A stretch of DNA of 64,000 nucleotides from a virus, in the IMG/VR virus record IMGVR_UViG_3300045988_130114, positions 12,650 through 76,649 of that record; one strand, 5' to 3'. Within the stretch, counting starts at the first letter, position 1. The number at the start of each line of letters is the position of its first letter. Positions 54,306 through 62,724 of the stretch are shown in pieces. The translations under genes were made by a program, and so were the position numbers. The notes below the pieces were generated by a model that saw nothing but the letters and a program-made list of their open reading frames with translations, did not search any database and was not told where the DNA came from.

Positions 54306-55013
54306 ATGAAAACGCGTCCAAATACATCGTACACAGAAACCCCTATAAGAGTTGCCATATTAATTGATGGTGGGTATTTTATAAAACGCTATAATGCAAT
54401 GTATAATAAGTCCGGCAAAAAGACAGCATTAACTATTGCCAATGATTTATATACTATATCCCATTCTCATGTAGGGAAAAATAATTATTTATATCGCATT
54501 TTTTATTATGATTGTGTACCATTCGCCAAAAAGATACATAATCCTGTCTCTAATAAATGTATAGACTTTTCTAAAACAGAAGAGGCTATCCGCAGAAGTG
54601 AGTTAATAAACGAACTTAAGAAAAAGAGAAAAGTCGCTCTGCGTCTAGGTAATATTAAGGAAAGCAAAAGATGGCTTTTCTATGATAACACAATGAGAAA
54701 ATTATTAAAGAAAGAGATTTCTCTTGATGACATTAATGCGGATGACGTATATTATGAATTGCGTCAAAAGGGGATTGATATGAAAATTGGTGTTGACATC
54801 GCTTCTTTATCTTTAAAAGGTTTTGTAGATAAAATCGTTCTTATTTCTGGAGATTCAGATTTTGTCCCTGCTGCAAAATTGGCTAGACGTGAAGGGATTG
54901 ATTTTGTTCTTGATCCTATGCATTGCGAACATATCGAAAATGATCTATATGAACATATTGATGGATTAAAAAGTATACCTTTATATCATCAGAAAGATGC
55001 AAAGAAAAAATAG
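54306..55013 (+). CDS. NYN (LabA/PIN-like) domain protein
   Basis: IRVAILIDGGYF...GIDMKIGVDIASL...IVLISGDSDFVPAAKLARREG. The start is uncertain (TTG 54264 and ATG 54270, 54276 or 54306). Confidence 0.65.
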   Translation: MKTRPNTSYTETPIRVAILIDGGYFIKRYNAMYNKSGKKTALTIANDLYTISHSHVGKNNYLYRIFYYDCVPFAKKIHNPVSNKCIDFSKTEEAIRRSELINELKKKRKVALRLGNIKESKRWLFYDNTMRKLLKKEISLDDINADDVYYELRQKGIDMKIGVDIASLSLKGFVDKIVLISGDSDFVPAAKLARREGIDFVLDPMHCEHIENDLYEHIDGLKSIPLYHQKDAKKK

Positions 55014-55051
55014 CTCCTTTCCATTTATAACGCCTCTTTTAAAATGGAATT

Positions 55052-55080
55052 GCCCGGCATACAACATGCTGGGCTTTTTT
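55052..55080 (+). terminator. intrinsic terminator
   Basis: GCCCGGCAT/ATGCTGGGC stem followed by T6. Confidence 0.7.
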
Positions 55081-55105
55081 GTACCTTTGCCGAAAATTAA
55101 AAATC

Positions 55106-55348
55106 ATGGAAGAAAACAAATACGACCAAGAATCGATCAGAGAGCTGCTCTCATGGGCGCAGAATACATTAAATAACAAGACCTACCCGGAAGGAGAGTT
55201 GGTCCTGGACAAATGCATCAAAGTAATAGACTGCAAAAGTCATATAGAGGCAATGATCCAGATGATCTCTAAGAACTGGGAGAATCCGACGTTTTACCCG
55301 ACGATTGACATGTTCCGGAGATTTAGAGAGAAACTGGAAGAAATATAA
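55106..55348 (+). CDS. small hypothetical protein (80 aa)
   Basis: Own TACCTTTG box at 55082-55089. MEENKYDQESIRELLSWAQ... Confidence 0.45.
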   Translation: MEENKYDQESIRELLSWAQNTLNNKTYPEGELVLDKCIKVIDCKSHIEAMIQMISKNWENPTFYPTIDMFRRFREKLEEI

Positions 55349-55438
55349 TGCATTTTTCCTACATTTGTAGTGCCAACAATAAAATTACCAAAAGTAGTAG
55401 GATACTTCCTACTTAAATCTATCCAGTTTTTGTGTAAA

Positions 55439-55461
55439 AAGGCAGCTTATTAGGCTGCCTT
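55439..55461 (-). terminator. integrase terminator hairpin
   Basis: AAGGCAGC/GCTGCCTT stem, with a T-run after it on the minus strand. Confidence 0.55.
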
Positions 55462-56711
55462 TATGTTTTCATCAACATTATATCTGCTTTCATCTCTATA
55501 TACTCTTTATATTTGCTTGGATTATTTATATAGTCAATAACTCTTTTAATAGCTATTTCCGCTTGCTTAAATCTCGTTTTAGCATAGTACCTGACAATGC
55601 CTCTGCTTTTATCTGAATGAGCAAGGCAGTAGTCTATCACATTGTCTGGTATTCCTAAGTCAAATGCGTATTGAGCAAATGACTTTCTGGCAGAATAAAA
55701 TACAACTTTTTCCTTTATTCCTACCTCCTTTGCAAGCTCAGAAATAGACCTGCATATGTATCTTGAGAAATTGTGATAAGAAAACTTATATCCGAAATCC
55801 AATTTCTTTGTTTTGTTGTTTATCCATTTGTCTATTATTTCTTTTGCTGGATCAGTAATAGGAAGTAAGCAATGTTGTTCTGTTTCAGTTTTAAGCTTCG
55901 TTTTAATTCTTACATAATCTACTTTATCGCTAGTAAAACGAGTATTCATCAAATCTATTAAGTTCATTCCACCGAGATAAAAAGAAAGCATAAAAACATC
56001 CCTTGCCACAATATACTTTTTTTCTTTGGGATTACTATTTCTTATCATATTAAGACTTTCTAAGGCTATATCTACTTCTTTAATTGGAGATTTAGGGATT
56101 TTCTTATAAGCAAACGGATGTATTTCGTATCTCACAGAACCAGAGTTTATATTTCTATTGATCACCGCTTTTATTTGAGACATCATCATTCCTATTGTTG
56201 TGTTCCCTATGTTTTTTTTCGTTTTCAGATATCTTGAGAATCCGTCAATAATATTGGGTGTTATATCTGACATGGGTATTTCTCCTCTTGTAAATTCTGT
56301 GAAGTATCTGCAGCTCCTTTCAATCAATACTGCATAACTTTCCCTACCTTCGGAATTTAGTTCATCTATAAATAAGGAGCACGCTTTTTGATATGTAATA
56401 TTCTGTTTGTCTTTTATTTTTGAGTCAGAAACTAATATATCTTTGATTTGTTTGCAAGAATAAAGAGATTGATGTTTTATTTCATCAAGTTTATTCTGCA
56501 TATCATTCATCATGTTTCTTAGTTTTGAATTTATAATTGAAGCATCCGGACGTTTTGTTACCTGTCCATCCTTAAATTGCGAAAGGTTGTCGATTATAAA
56601 ACGTGTTACAATATAACATGTTTCCTTCTTATGACATACAGCTATTCTTATTTTATGCCTTCCGTCCTTTAAAACTTTTGCTTTGAAGATTGTAAGTTTA
56701 ATAGTTGCCAT
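55461..56711 (-). CDS. int: tyrosine site-specific integrase (Bacteroides phage-integrase type)
   Basis: N-terminal arm-binding-like MATIKLTIFKAKVLKDGRHKIRIAV. Catalytic-region motifs ARKSFAQY, CLAHS and IVRYY. Confidence 0.9.
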   Translation of the reverse strand: MATIKLTIFKAKVLKDGRHKIRIAVCHKKETCYIVTRFIIDNLSQFKDGQVTKRPDASIINSKLRNMMNDMQNKLDEIKHQSLYSCKQIKDILVSDSKIKDKQNITYQKACSLFIDELNSEGRESYAVLIERSCRYFTEFTRGEIPMSDITPNIIDGFSRYLKTKKNIGNTTIGMMMSQIKAVINRNINSGSVRYEIHPFAYKKIPKSPIKEVDIALESLNMIRNSNPKEKKYIVARDVFMLSFYLGGMNLIDLMNTRFTSDKVDYVRIKTKLKTETEQHCLLPITDPAKEIIDKWINNKTKKLDFGYKFSYHNFSRYICRSISELAKEVGIKEKVVFYSARKSFAQYAFDLGIPDNVIDYCLAHSDKSRGIVRYYAKTRFKQAEIAIKRVIDYINNPSKYKEYIEMKADIMLMKT

Positions 56712-56729
56712 AATAGATTAAAATTTAAA

Positions 56730-56751
56730 GGATAAGTTTTGGATAAGTTTT
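56730..56751. repeat. tandem 11-bp direct repeat GGATAAGTTTT x2 (arm-type site candidate)
   Basis: Read directly, immediately upstream of the int start. Confidence 0.6.
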
Positions 56752-56753
56752 TT

Positions 56754-56769
56754 TGTCCACCACTGGACA
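56754..56769. promoter_or_regulatory. palindrome TGTCCA-CCAC-TGGACA
   Basis: Read directly between int and the tRNA-derived core. Confidence 0.5.
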
Positions 56770-56867
56770 ATTTTTCCTTTTTTTTAATCTATAAATTGAA
56801 GATCTCGTAAATGAAAACGGAAACCTAAGTTGTTAAATACAAGATAATTAATAGGTTCCCGTTTTAG

Positions 56868-56909
56868 AGCCGCTAGCCAGACTTGAACTGGCGACCTACG
56901 CGTTACGAA
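56868..56909 (-). other. attP-like core: 3' portion of a tRNA-Thr(CGT) gene
   Basis: The reverse complement reads TTCGTAA (anticodon loop), CGCGT, AGGTC, GCCAG-TTCAAGT-CTGGC, TAGCGGC, T. The 5' anticodon-stem strand is absent, so only the 3' part is present. Confidence 0.6.
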
Positions 56910-56994
56910 TGTTTCTCCAAAATATAGGATAACAATCTGATAATAAAAATGATAACTTGGCGCTATTATGTGGTGAAGATAAGTTTTTGAACAT

Positions 56995-57255
56995 TTATTC
57001 GTCAAACATCTCTCCCTTTCCTAAAATAATCCACTCGACAGATACTTTGTAATCTTTATGTAAATAAACGATCCACTCTGGCTTTAGTATATGTTTGTCG
57101 GGATAGAATTTTACACAGTTTACATTCCAACGATGCAAATTATTGTTTCTAGTGAAAGTTTGAAGCCCTCGTATTTTTTTTTGGGCTTTCAAGGTTTCTA
57201 TAGCTTCAAAGAAACGCTTGCTTATAGCGATTCCTTCTTCTGATATTATTGCCAT
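56995..57255 (-). CDS. HTH-like DNA-binding protein downstream of the repressor
   Basis: C-terminal VSVEWIILGKGEMFDE resembles the WLLxGxGxMF tail of XRE-type HTH domains. Internal ATG 57255. Confidence 0.45.
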   Translation of the reverse strand: MAIISEEGIAISKRFFEAIETLKAQKKIRGLQTFTRNNNLHRWNVNCVKFYPDKHILKPEWIVYLHKDYKVSVEWIILGKGEMFDE

Positions 57256-57256
57256 T

Positions 57257-57788
57257 TTATTTAATATTTTGGTTCTTTGTATCTTGCATTGAAATATCCG
57301 ACCCACTTACATGAACACATCTTGCAGTATTTTCCTGCTGGGCAAGAAATTTTTTATTTTGTTCCTGCATGGATTCGATTGTTCTTTGCTGTGACAACAC
57401 GGTTTCAGTAAGTCTTGATATCTGTTCAAAAACTTCTCTGCTCATAGAAATGGAATCACTTTTACCTTCCAGTTTTTGTTCTATTAGTTCTTCTAAAATC
57501 TTTTCTTTTAGCTTCTCTTTATTACTTCCAGAAATACCCTTTTCTATAATTCCAGCTACCGCATCGTATTTTTTAAACATAGGTACATCAGCACCAGATA
57601 ACCATCCTGTTGTGAGGTGATACTTATCCTCTATTATTTTTTTTGTATACATCCTTGAAAGCTGTAACTCCATTCTCTATTCTTGAATAGGTATTCTGAC
57701 CGACCTTAAGTAGATCAGCCATTTGCTGTTGCGTCATGTTCATGTGAATTCTGAACTGTTTCAGCCTGTTTTCTTCTCCATTATCCAT
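57257..57788 (-). CDS. CI/XRE-type repressor, reading frame interrupted at an A8 tract
   Basis: 57788-57624 encodes MDNGEENRLKQFRIHMNMTQQQMADLLKVGQNTYSRIENG...YKKNNRG*. The natural continuation (IIEDKYHLTTGWLSGADVPMF..., track ORF 57257..57673) lies in the +1 frame after the A8 tract (T8 on + strand, 57637-57644). Confidence 0.6.
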
Positions 57789-57899
57789 ACAAGTGATTTT
57801 TATTGTCCATTTTAAGGATATTTAAATATAAAAACATTCATTTTACCCTCAAAATGGATATATTTGCATTGCAATTAATTATATAACACTACAAAGATA

Positions 57900-58154
57900 A
57901 TGAAAGATGATTTAAAAACAACCAAAAAGCTTTGTGAAGGTGATAAAATAACCTTAAAGGACTATTATTCAAATCTTCCAAATGCTACTCATCCCAAAAC
58001 TGAGTTTATCAACGAGGTGATAAAAAAGACAGGAGTGTCTTTTACTGCTGTAAGAAACTGGGTTGTATATGGAATGAAACCTAATAACCCAGAACATATC
58101 GCTGCCCTTTCTGAAATAACAGGGATATCTCCTGAAAATCTATGGTCCGACTAA
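57900..58154 (+). CDS. Cro-like HTH protein
   Basis: Divergent from the repressor. KKTGVSFTAVRNWVVYGMKP looks like an HTH. Confidence 0.55.
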   Translation: MKDDLKTTKKLCEGDKITLKDYYSNLPNATHPKTEFINEVIKKTGVSFTAVRNWVVYGMKPNNPEHIAALSEITGISPENLWSD

Positions 58155-58155
58155 A

Positions 58156-58722
58156 ATGTGTGGAATGATGAAGGATTTGGAGTTTTACATATTTGAAGAT
58201 GAGCTTTGGTGCATGTTTCCTGACGGAAGCAATAAACCGATAACAGATAAAGAAACTGTTCTTGTGAAAGATATCCTCGAACGTATAAGGGAGTGTTATC
58301 CTGAAGCGTATAAAGCATTAATGGAATGTTATAGCAGAAGCTCGCAGAATATCCCATACTTTCAATTTCTTATGGTAAATAGATTTTGCAAGTGCAATTT
58401 TGGAGAGTTGGATAATACTAGCAGGGATATAGATAAAAAAGGTGGATTCAATTTTGAACGTGTGAGATGTCCTATGCGTGGTGAATGCAGATATGAGGGC
58501 GTTATTTGCTGTCCACAATTCAACTGCCGTATATCAGATGCGGAAATGAGAGTTATGCAGTTGGTATATGAAGGAGCTAATAACGAAGAGATTGCAGAAA
58601 AACTCTATCTCTCCCCCCATACTGTGAAAAATCATATTAAGTCAGTGTATATCAAACTTGGTATTCATGAAAAATCAGAGTTTATTCAATACGCGTACAA
58701 GAACAACCTTTTTAAAGATTAG
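58156..58722 (+). CDS. LuxR/GerE-type transcriptional regulator with Cys-rich N-domain
   Basis: ISDAEMRVMQLVYEGANNEEIAEKLYLSPHTVKNHIKSVYIKLG. N-terminal CPMRGECRYEGVICCPQFNC. Confidence 0.8.
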   Translation: MCGMMKDLEFYIFEDELWCMFPDGSNKPITDKETVLVKDILERIRECYPEAYKALMECYSRSSQNIPYFQFLMVNRFCKCNFGELDNTSRDIDKKGGFNFERVRCPMRGECRYEGVICCPQFNCRISDAEMRVMQLVYEGANNEEIAEKLYLSPHTVKNHIKSVYIKLGIHEKSEFIQYAYKNNLFKD

Positions 58723-58727
58723 ATACA

Positions 58728-58934
58728 ATGTTGAATGAGGATGTATTAAAGATAGTTCTCAATGATAAAACTTTTAGCCAACGTGAAGCTGAAGAAATAG
58801 TAGGAAGTAGAGGACGTTTGTTCAAATTGATAGGCTCGGGCGGTATTCGTGCTGAAAAGATACCCTTTAATCGTCAAAATGGAAGATGGTACTGCAATGC
58901 CTATGATGTTATCAAAAACGCATCTTTAAAATAA
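58728..58934 (+). CDS. small hypothetical protein
   Basis: 68-aa ORF. Confidence 0.4.
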   Translation: MLNEDVLKIVLNDKTFSQREAEEIVGSRGRLFKLIGSGGIRAEKIPFNRQNGRWYCNAYDVIKNASLK

Positions 58935-59049
58935 CTGATAATCAAATAGTTATATCAAGTTAAAGACGAAATATTTACAGATGAATCATTTGTTTAAAAG
59001 TAAAAAATAAAGTAGTTTTACAACATAATTAAAAGATAATCAATCAGTT

Positions 59050-59214
59050 ATGAAAAAGACTCCGTTAGTAACAATTTGGATTTTATCCTTTATTCTCATG
59101 GTAATTTATGAAGACCCTTACAAGATTATGTTTTGGATCTCATTTGCTGTATTCGCTTGGTGCTCCGTGTATATTGGAAAACATAATAAAAGATTTGAGC
59201 ATGAATACGAGTAA
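59050..59214 (+). CDS. small membrane protein (54 aa)
   Basis: Hand-translated MKKTPLVTIWILSFILMVIYEDPYKIMFWISFAVFAWCSVYIGK... Confidence 0.35.
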   Translation: MKKTPLVTIWILSFILMVIYEDPYKIMFWISFAVFAWCSVYIGKHNKRFEHEYE

Positions 59215-59398
59215 ATCTCCGTATGTAATCCAAGGAATCACCCTGATAACATATAGTGGAAGAAAACTGCCTCTTACAATTGTGGAGAAGGAGATTATAG
59301 ATATTCCCATCAGATTGACGAAAAACAAAATACTTGATGCTTTTGCTTCAATGAAAGATAAGCCTGTCGATGTGAAACTAAAAGTGAAATACATATAA
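59201..59398 (+). CDS. small hypothetical protein
   Basis: Internal ATG of track ORF 59108..59398. Confidence 0.35.
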   Translation: MNTSKSPYVIQGITLITYSGRKLPLTIVEKEIIDIPIRLTKNKILDAFASMKDKPVDVKLKVKYI

Positions 59399-59415
59399 AA
59401 GTGTACATAAGAGCA

Positions 59416-59595
59416 ATGAAAACAAAAGAAGAATTATTAGCAATGGGTCATGAAGACTTGGCTTCACTTACATATAAAATAATGTATGAGCAATGTCTCC
59501 TTGAGAATAAGGAAAAAGAAAACAAAAGATTAAGAGAAATACTTGACGCTATTGGTGTTACGTATGAAAGATTCAAATCTGAATTCCATGAATAA
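59416..59595 (+). CDS. small hypothetical protein
   Basis: ATG preceded by ATAAGAGCAATG. Confidence 0.4.
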   Translation: MKTKEELLAMGHEDLASLTYKIMYEQCLLENKEKENKRLREILDAIGVTYERFKSEFHE

Positions 59596-59848
59596 TGAAT
59601 TACAGCAATTAGAAGCAGAGTTGAAAAAGGTGGAATCTAGCAACCTTGAATATCTTCCCGAATATGGATATTCAAGGAAAGAGGAAATAATCCAGCTTAT
59701 CAAAGAGGATATATCTGAAGTCAAAAAAGAAATCAATAAAAGACTAAAGTTATACTCTTCTGGTATTTCATCAGGATATACAGAGAAAAGCTTAGAAGAA
59801 GAGAGGACTGGCCTTTGTCTAATGCAGGGGTTGGCGAGATATTGTTAA
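59588..59848 (+). CDS. small coiled-coil protein
   Basis: The ATG overlaps the previous stop (ATGAATAATG). Confidence 0.4.
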   Translation: MNNELQQLEAELKKVESSNLEYLPEYGYSRKEEIIQLIKEDISEVKKEINKRLKLYSSGISSGYTEKSLEEERTGLCLMQGLARYC

Positions 59849-59867
59849 ACTTTAAAATATTAGAGCA

Positions 59868-60635
59868 ATGGAAGAAAACAAATTAACAAAACAGGAAAAT
59901 GATGCATTGGCAATGTTTGGTAAAGGCAAAACCATTTATCAAGTTGCAGGTAACGACGTGGCATTATCATTTGATATTGTACGTAACTATTTGACTAAAG
60001 GTAATGGGCAGGTATCTGATCAAGATATTGTTCAGTTTATTAGTATTTGTAAATTCAACCAGCTTAATCCATTCTTGAACGAAGCATTTCTTGTTAAGTT
60101 CGGACAACAGCCGGCACAGATGATTGTCAGCAAGGAAGCGTTTTTCAAACGTGCTGACGCTAGTGAACAATACGAAGGCTTCAAAGCGGGCATCATTATT
60201 ATTAGAGATAACCAGATTGTAGAGGTAGAAGGCTGTTTTTATAATGAAAAGACAGATGTACTTGTAGGGGGATGGTGTGAAGTTTACCGATCTGACCGCA
60301 AATTTCCGATTGTAGCAAAAGTTAATCTTTCCGAATATGACAAAAAGCAATCTATATGGAATGAAAAAAAATCCACTATGATTTCCAAGATAGCCAAAGT
60401 CCAGGCATTGCGTGAAGCTTTCCCGGCCCAACTAGGTGCAATGTATACACAAGAAGAGCAAGAAGTTAAATTTACCGAATATGAAGATGTCACAGACAAA
60501 GAAGATAAGGGTAAAAAAATAGCAGAAATTGCTGCTAAGGCCGCAGGAGTGGAAGAGCAACCTAAACCGGAACAACCGGTAAATCAGTCTCAAAATAATA
60601 CAAGTAATAAACCGGTTCAAAAAACATTATTATAA
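59868..60635 (+). CDS. recT: RecT-family single-strand annealing protein
   Basis: KFNQLNPFLNEAFLVKFG...SKEAFFKRA...KIAKVQALREAFP. Followed by a YqaJ-type exonuclease. Confidence 0.8.
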   Translation: MEENKLTKQENDALAMFGKGKTIYQVAGNDVALSFDIVRNYLTKGNGQVSDQDIVQFISICKFNQLNPFLNEAFLVKFGQQPAQMIVSKEAFFKRADASEQYEGFKAGIIIIRDNQIVEVEGCFYNEKTDVLVGGWCEVYRSDRKFPIVAKVNLSEYDKKQSIWNEKKSTMISKIAKVQALREAFPAQLGAMYTQEEQEVKFTEYEDVTDKEDKGKKIAEIAAKAAGVEEQPKPEQPVNQSQNNTSNKPVQKTLL

Positions 60636-61321
60636 TGGAAATATTAGAAGGTAACGGTCAGCATTCTCTTTCATGGTTTAGACAACGCATAGGCAAAATT
60701 AGTGGTTCAAATGTCGGATTACTTATGAAAAGCAGCAGAAACGGCATATTTAGTGATACTGCTAAAAGTTATATTTTTCAAGTTGCGGCAGAGCGAGCTA
60801 TGAATCCTGAAATAGTAAATGATGATATTGCATTTACAGAATACTTATCTGCTGTAAATGTAGAAAGTAAAGCTATGCGTTTTGGAACAGAGCAAGAGGC
60901 AAATGCACGTGATTTGTATTCTAAGTTAACGGGAAGGCATATTGTAGAAGTGGGGTCGTGTAAGCACCCCACTATTCCTAACTTTGCAAGTAGTCCTGAT
61001 GGCTTCTTTTATGATGAAGAATTGGGAGAACGGGCATGTATTGAGATAAAATGCCCTTCTCAAAATACTTTCATGAAGTATAAAAGTGAAGTATACGACA
61101 ATGACTCTTTGCTTCAAGTAAAATATGAATACTTTTATCAGTGTATGGCTCACATGATGTGTTGTAATGCAAACTGGACTGATTTTGTTGTATATAATCC
61201 TTTTCAAATAGATCCTATTCACATTGTTCGTATACTACCAGACGAAAAGGTTTTTGCAGAAATGGAAAAGCGTATCAGAATGGCGGACGATATTATTGAC
61301 CAAATAGCGGATATAGAATAA
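60635..61321 (+). CDS. YqaJ/lambda-Exo-like exonuclease
   Basis: ISGSNVGLLM, SSPDGF and IEIKCP motifs (PD-(D/E)xK). Confidence 0.75.
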   Translation: MEILEGNGQHSLSWFRQRIGKISGSNVGLLMKSSRNGIFSDTAKSYIFQVAAERAMNPEIVNDDIAFTEYLSAVNVESKAMRFGTEQEANARDLYSKLTGRHIVEVGSCKHPTIPNFASSPDGFFYDEELGERACIEIKCPSQNTFMKYKSEVYDNDSLLQVKYEYFYQCMAHMMCCNANWTDFVVYNPFQIDPIHIVRILPDEKVFAEMEKRIRMADDIIDQIADIE

Positions 61322-61779
61322 TGGGCGATTCATTGATAAAAGAAACTCAACTCCAGCGTATTATACGAAAAACAGGTAGAAAACCATGTGAATGCAAATG
61401 TTCATTATGCAAAATGCAATGCCATACTCCTTGTTTAGGAACCCCGCAAGATATTGAGAAATTGATAGATGCGGGTTATTCAGACCGGTTACTCCCCACT
61501 CTTTGGGGAGCCGGAATGATAATGGGGGTTATTGATTTCCCAGTTCCTATGATCCAAATTGCATCGGGCGATAATTATTGTTCATTCTTTCATGATGGCT
61601 TATGTGAACTTCATGATAAGAGATTAAAACCTACAGAAGGTCGTTTATCTCATCATTCCACCAGTGTTGATAATTTCAAAGCATCAAAAAGCATAGCATG
61701 GAATGTCGCAAAGGAATGGCTTTCAGTAGATAATGCAGAGGTGATAGAACGTATTGTTGATAAACTAAATAAAAAATAG
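61321..61779 (+). CDS. Cys-rich (metal-binding) protein
   Basis: CECKCSLCKMQCHTPC cluster. Confidence 0.4.
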   Translation: MGDSLIKETQLQRIIRKTGRKPCECKCSLCKMQCHTPCLGTPQDIEKLIDAGYSDRLLPTLWGAGMIMGVIDFPVPMIQIASGDNYCSFFHDGLCELHDKRLKPTEGRLSHHSTSVDNFKASKSIAWNVAKEWLSVDNAEVIERIVDKLNKK

Positions 61780-61783
61780 AGCA

Positions 61784-62698
61784 ATGGAAACACAATTAGC
61801 AATCCAAGAAAGAGACCTAGAACTGGTTGTTAGTGAAAAGACACTCGGTAGCCTTACTACCAATGCCAAGCAAATTAGAGACATTGTAATGGTAAATTTG
61901 CCGAAGTACGATATATCTAACTACAACGATGATAATATCGATCAGGCAAAGAAAGATAAAGCAGCTCTTAATAAAGCAGCGAAAACTCTTAACGCCAAAC
62001 GTCTTGAAATTGAGAAAGAGTTCATGAAACCTTTCATAGAATTTAAAGATGTGGTAAACGATACAGTGAAGCTTATCGGAGAATGTTCTGCTAAGATTGA
62101 TGCTGTAGTAAAACAGAACGAGCAGCAATATAAGGAAAAGAAAAAAGCAAACATTAAAACCTATTTTGATGGCATGAACACCAATCTTGTAGATTTTAAC
62201 AAAGTATTCAAGCAGGAATGGTTAAACAAGACTGCGAGCATGAAGTCTGTTTGCAGTGATATTGATGCCATATTTGCTAAAGTTGACAATGAGATATCTA
62301 CGCTGAAAGGTTTTGGTGAAGATTTTGATGTTATTCGTACCTATTATATGGATACACTTAACATCACATCCACCATCCAATATGCCAACCGATTGAAAGA
62401 GCAACGTGAGCGAGCTAGGGCCGCGGAAGAAGCCCGAATTAAGTCGGAACAAGAAAAGCAACAAGCGGAAGAAGCTCGTAAAGCTGTTGAAGCAGAACAA
62501 TCCAAAACACGTCCGGTCAATCCATTTGCGATGGCAAATCAAAAAGCTGACGAACAAGTACCTTTTATCCAATCTAGGACACAACAAACTGAATTATTAA
62601 CGAGAGCTTTCAAGGTCACTACTACACGTGAACTGATTATTGCCCTTGGTGACTTCATGAATGAAAAAGGTATTGATTTTGATAAAATAGAATTATAA
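61784..62698 (+). CDS. DUF1351-like recombination-module protein
   Basis: 304 aa, coiled-coil rich, placed after RecT/Exo. ATG preceded by AGAGCAATG. Confidence 0.35.
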   Translation: METQLAIQERDLELVVSEKTLGSLTTNAKQIRDIVMVNLPKYDISNYNDDNIDQAKKDKAALNKAAKTLNAKRLEIEKEFMKPFIEFKDVVNDTVKLIGECSAKIDAVVKQNEQQYKEKKKANIKTYFDGMNTNLVDFNKVFKQEWLNKTASMKSVCSDIDAIFAKVDNEISTLKGFGEDFDVIRTYYMDTLNITSTIQYANRLKEQRERARAAEEARIKSEQEKQQAEEARKAVEAEQSKTRPVNPFAMANQKADEQVPFIQSRTQQTELLTRAFKVTTTRELIIALGDFMNEKGIDFDKIEL

Positions 62699-62724
62699 TT
62701 TATAAACGTTTAAATCGTGAAAAT

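Noticed and set aside
56868-56960. A prophage/host junction at the tRNA-Thr fragment.
   Set aside because: Clearly phage-type genes (CI/Cro, RecT, Exo, ParB-like) continue beyond it. The tRNA 5' half is absent on both sides, so attP is the better reading.
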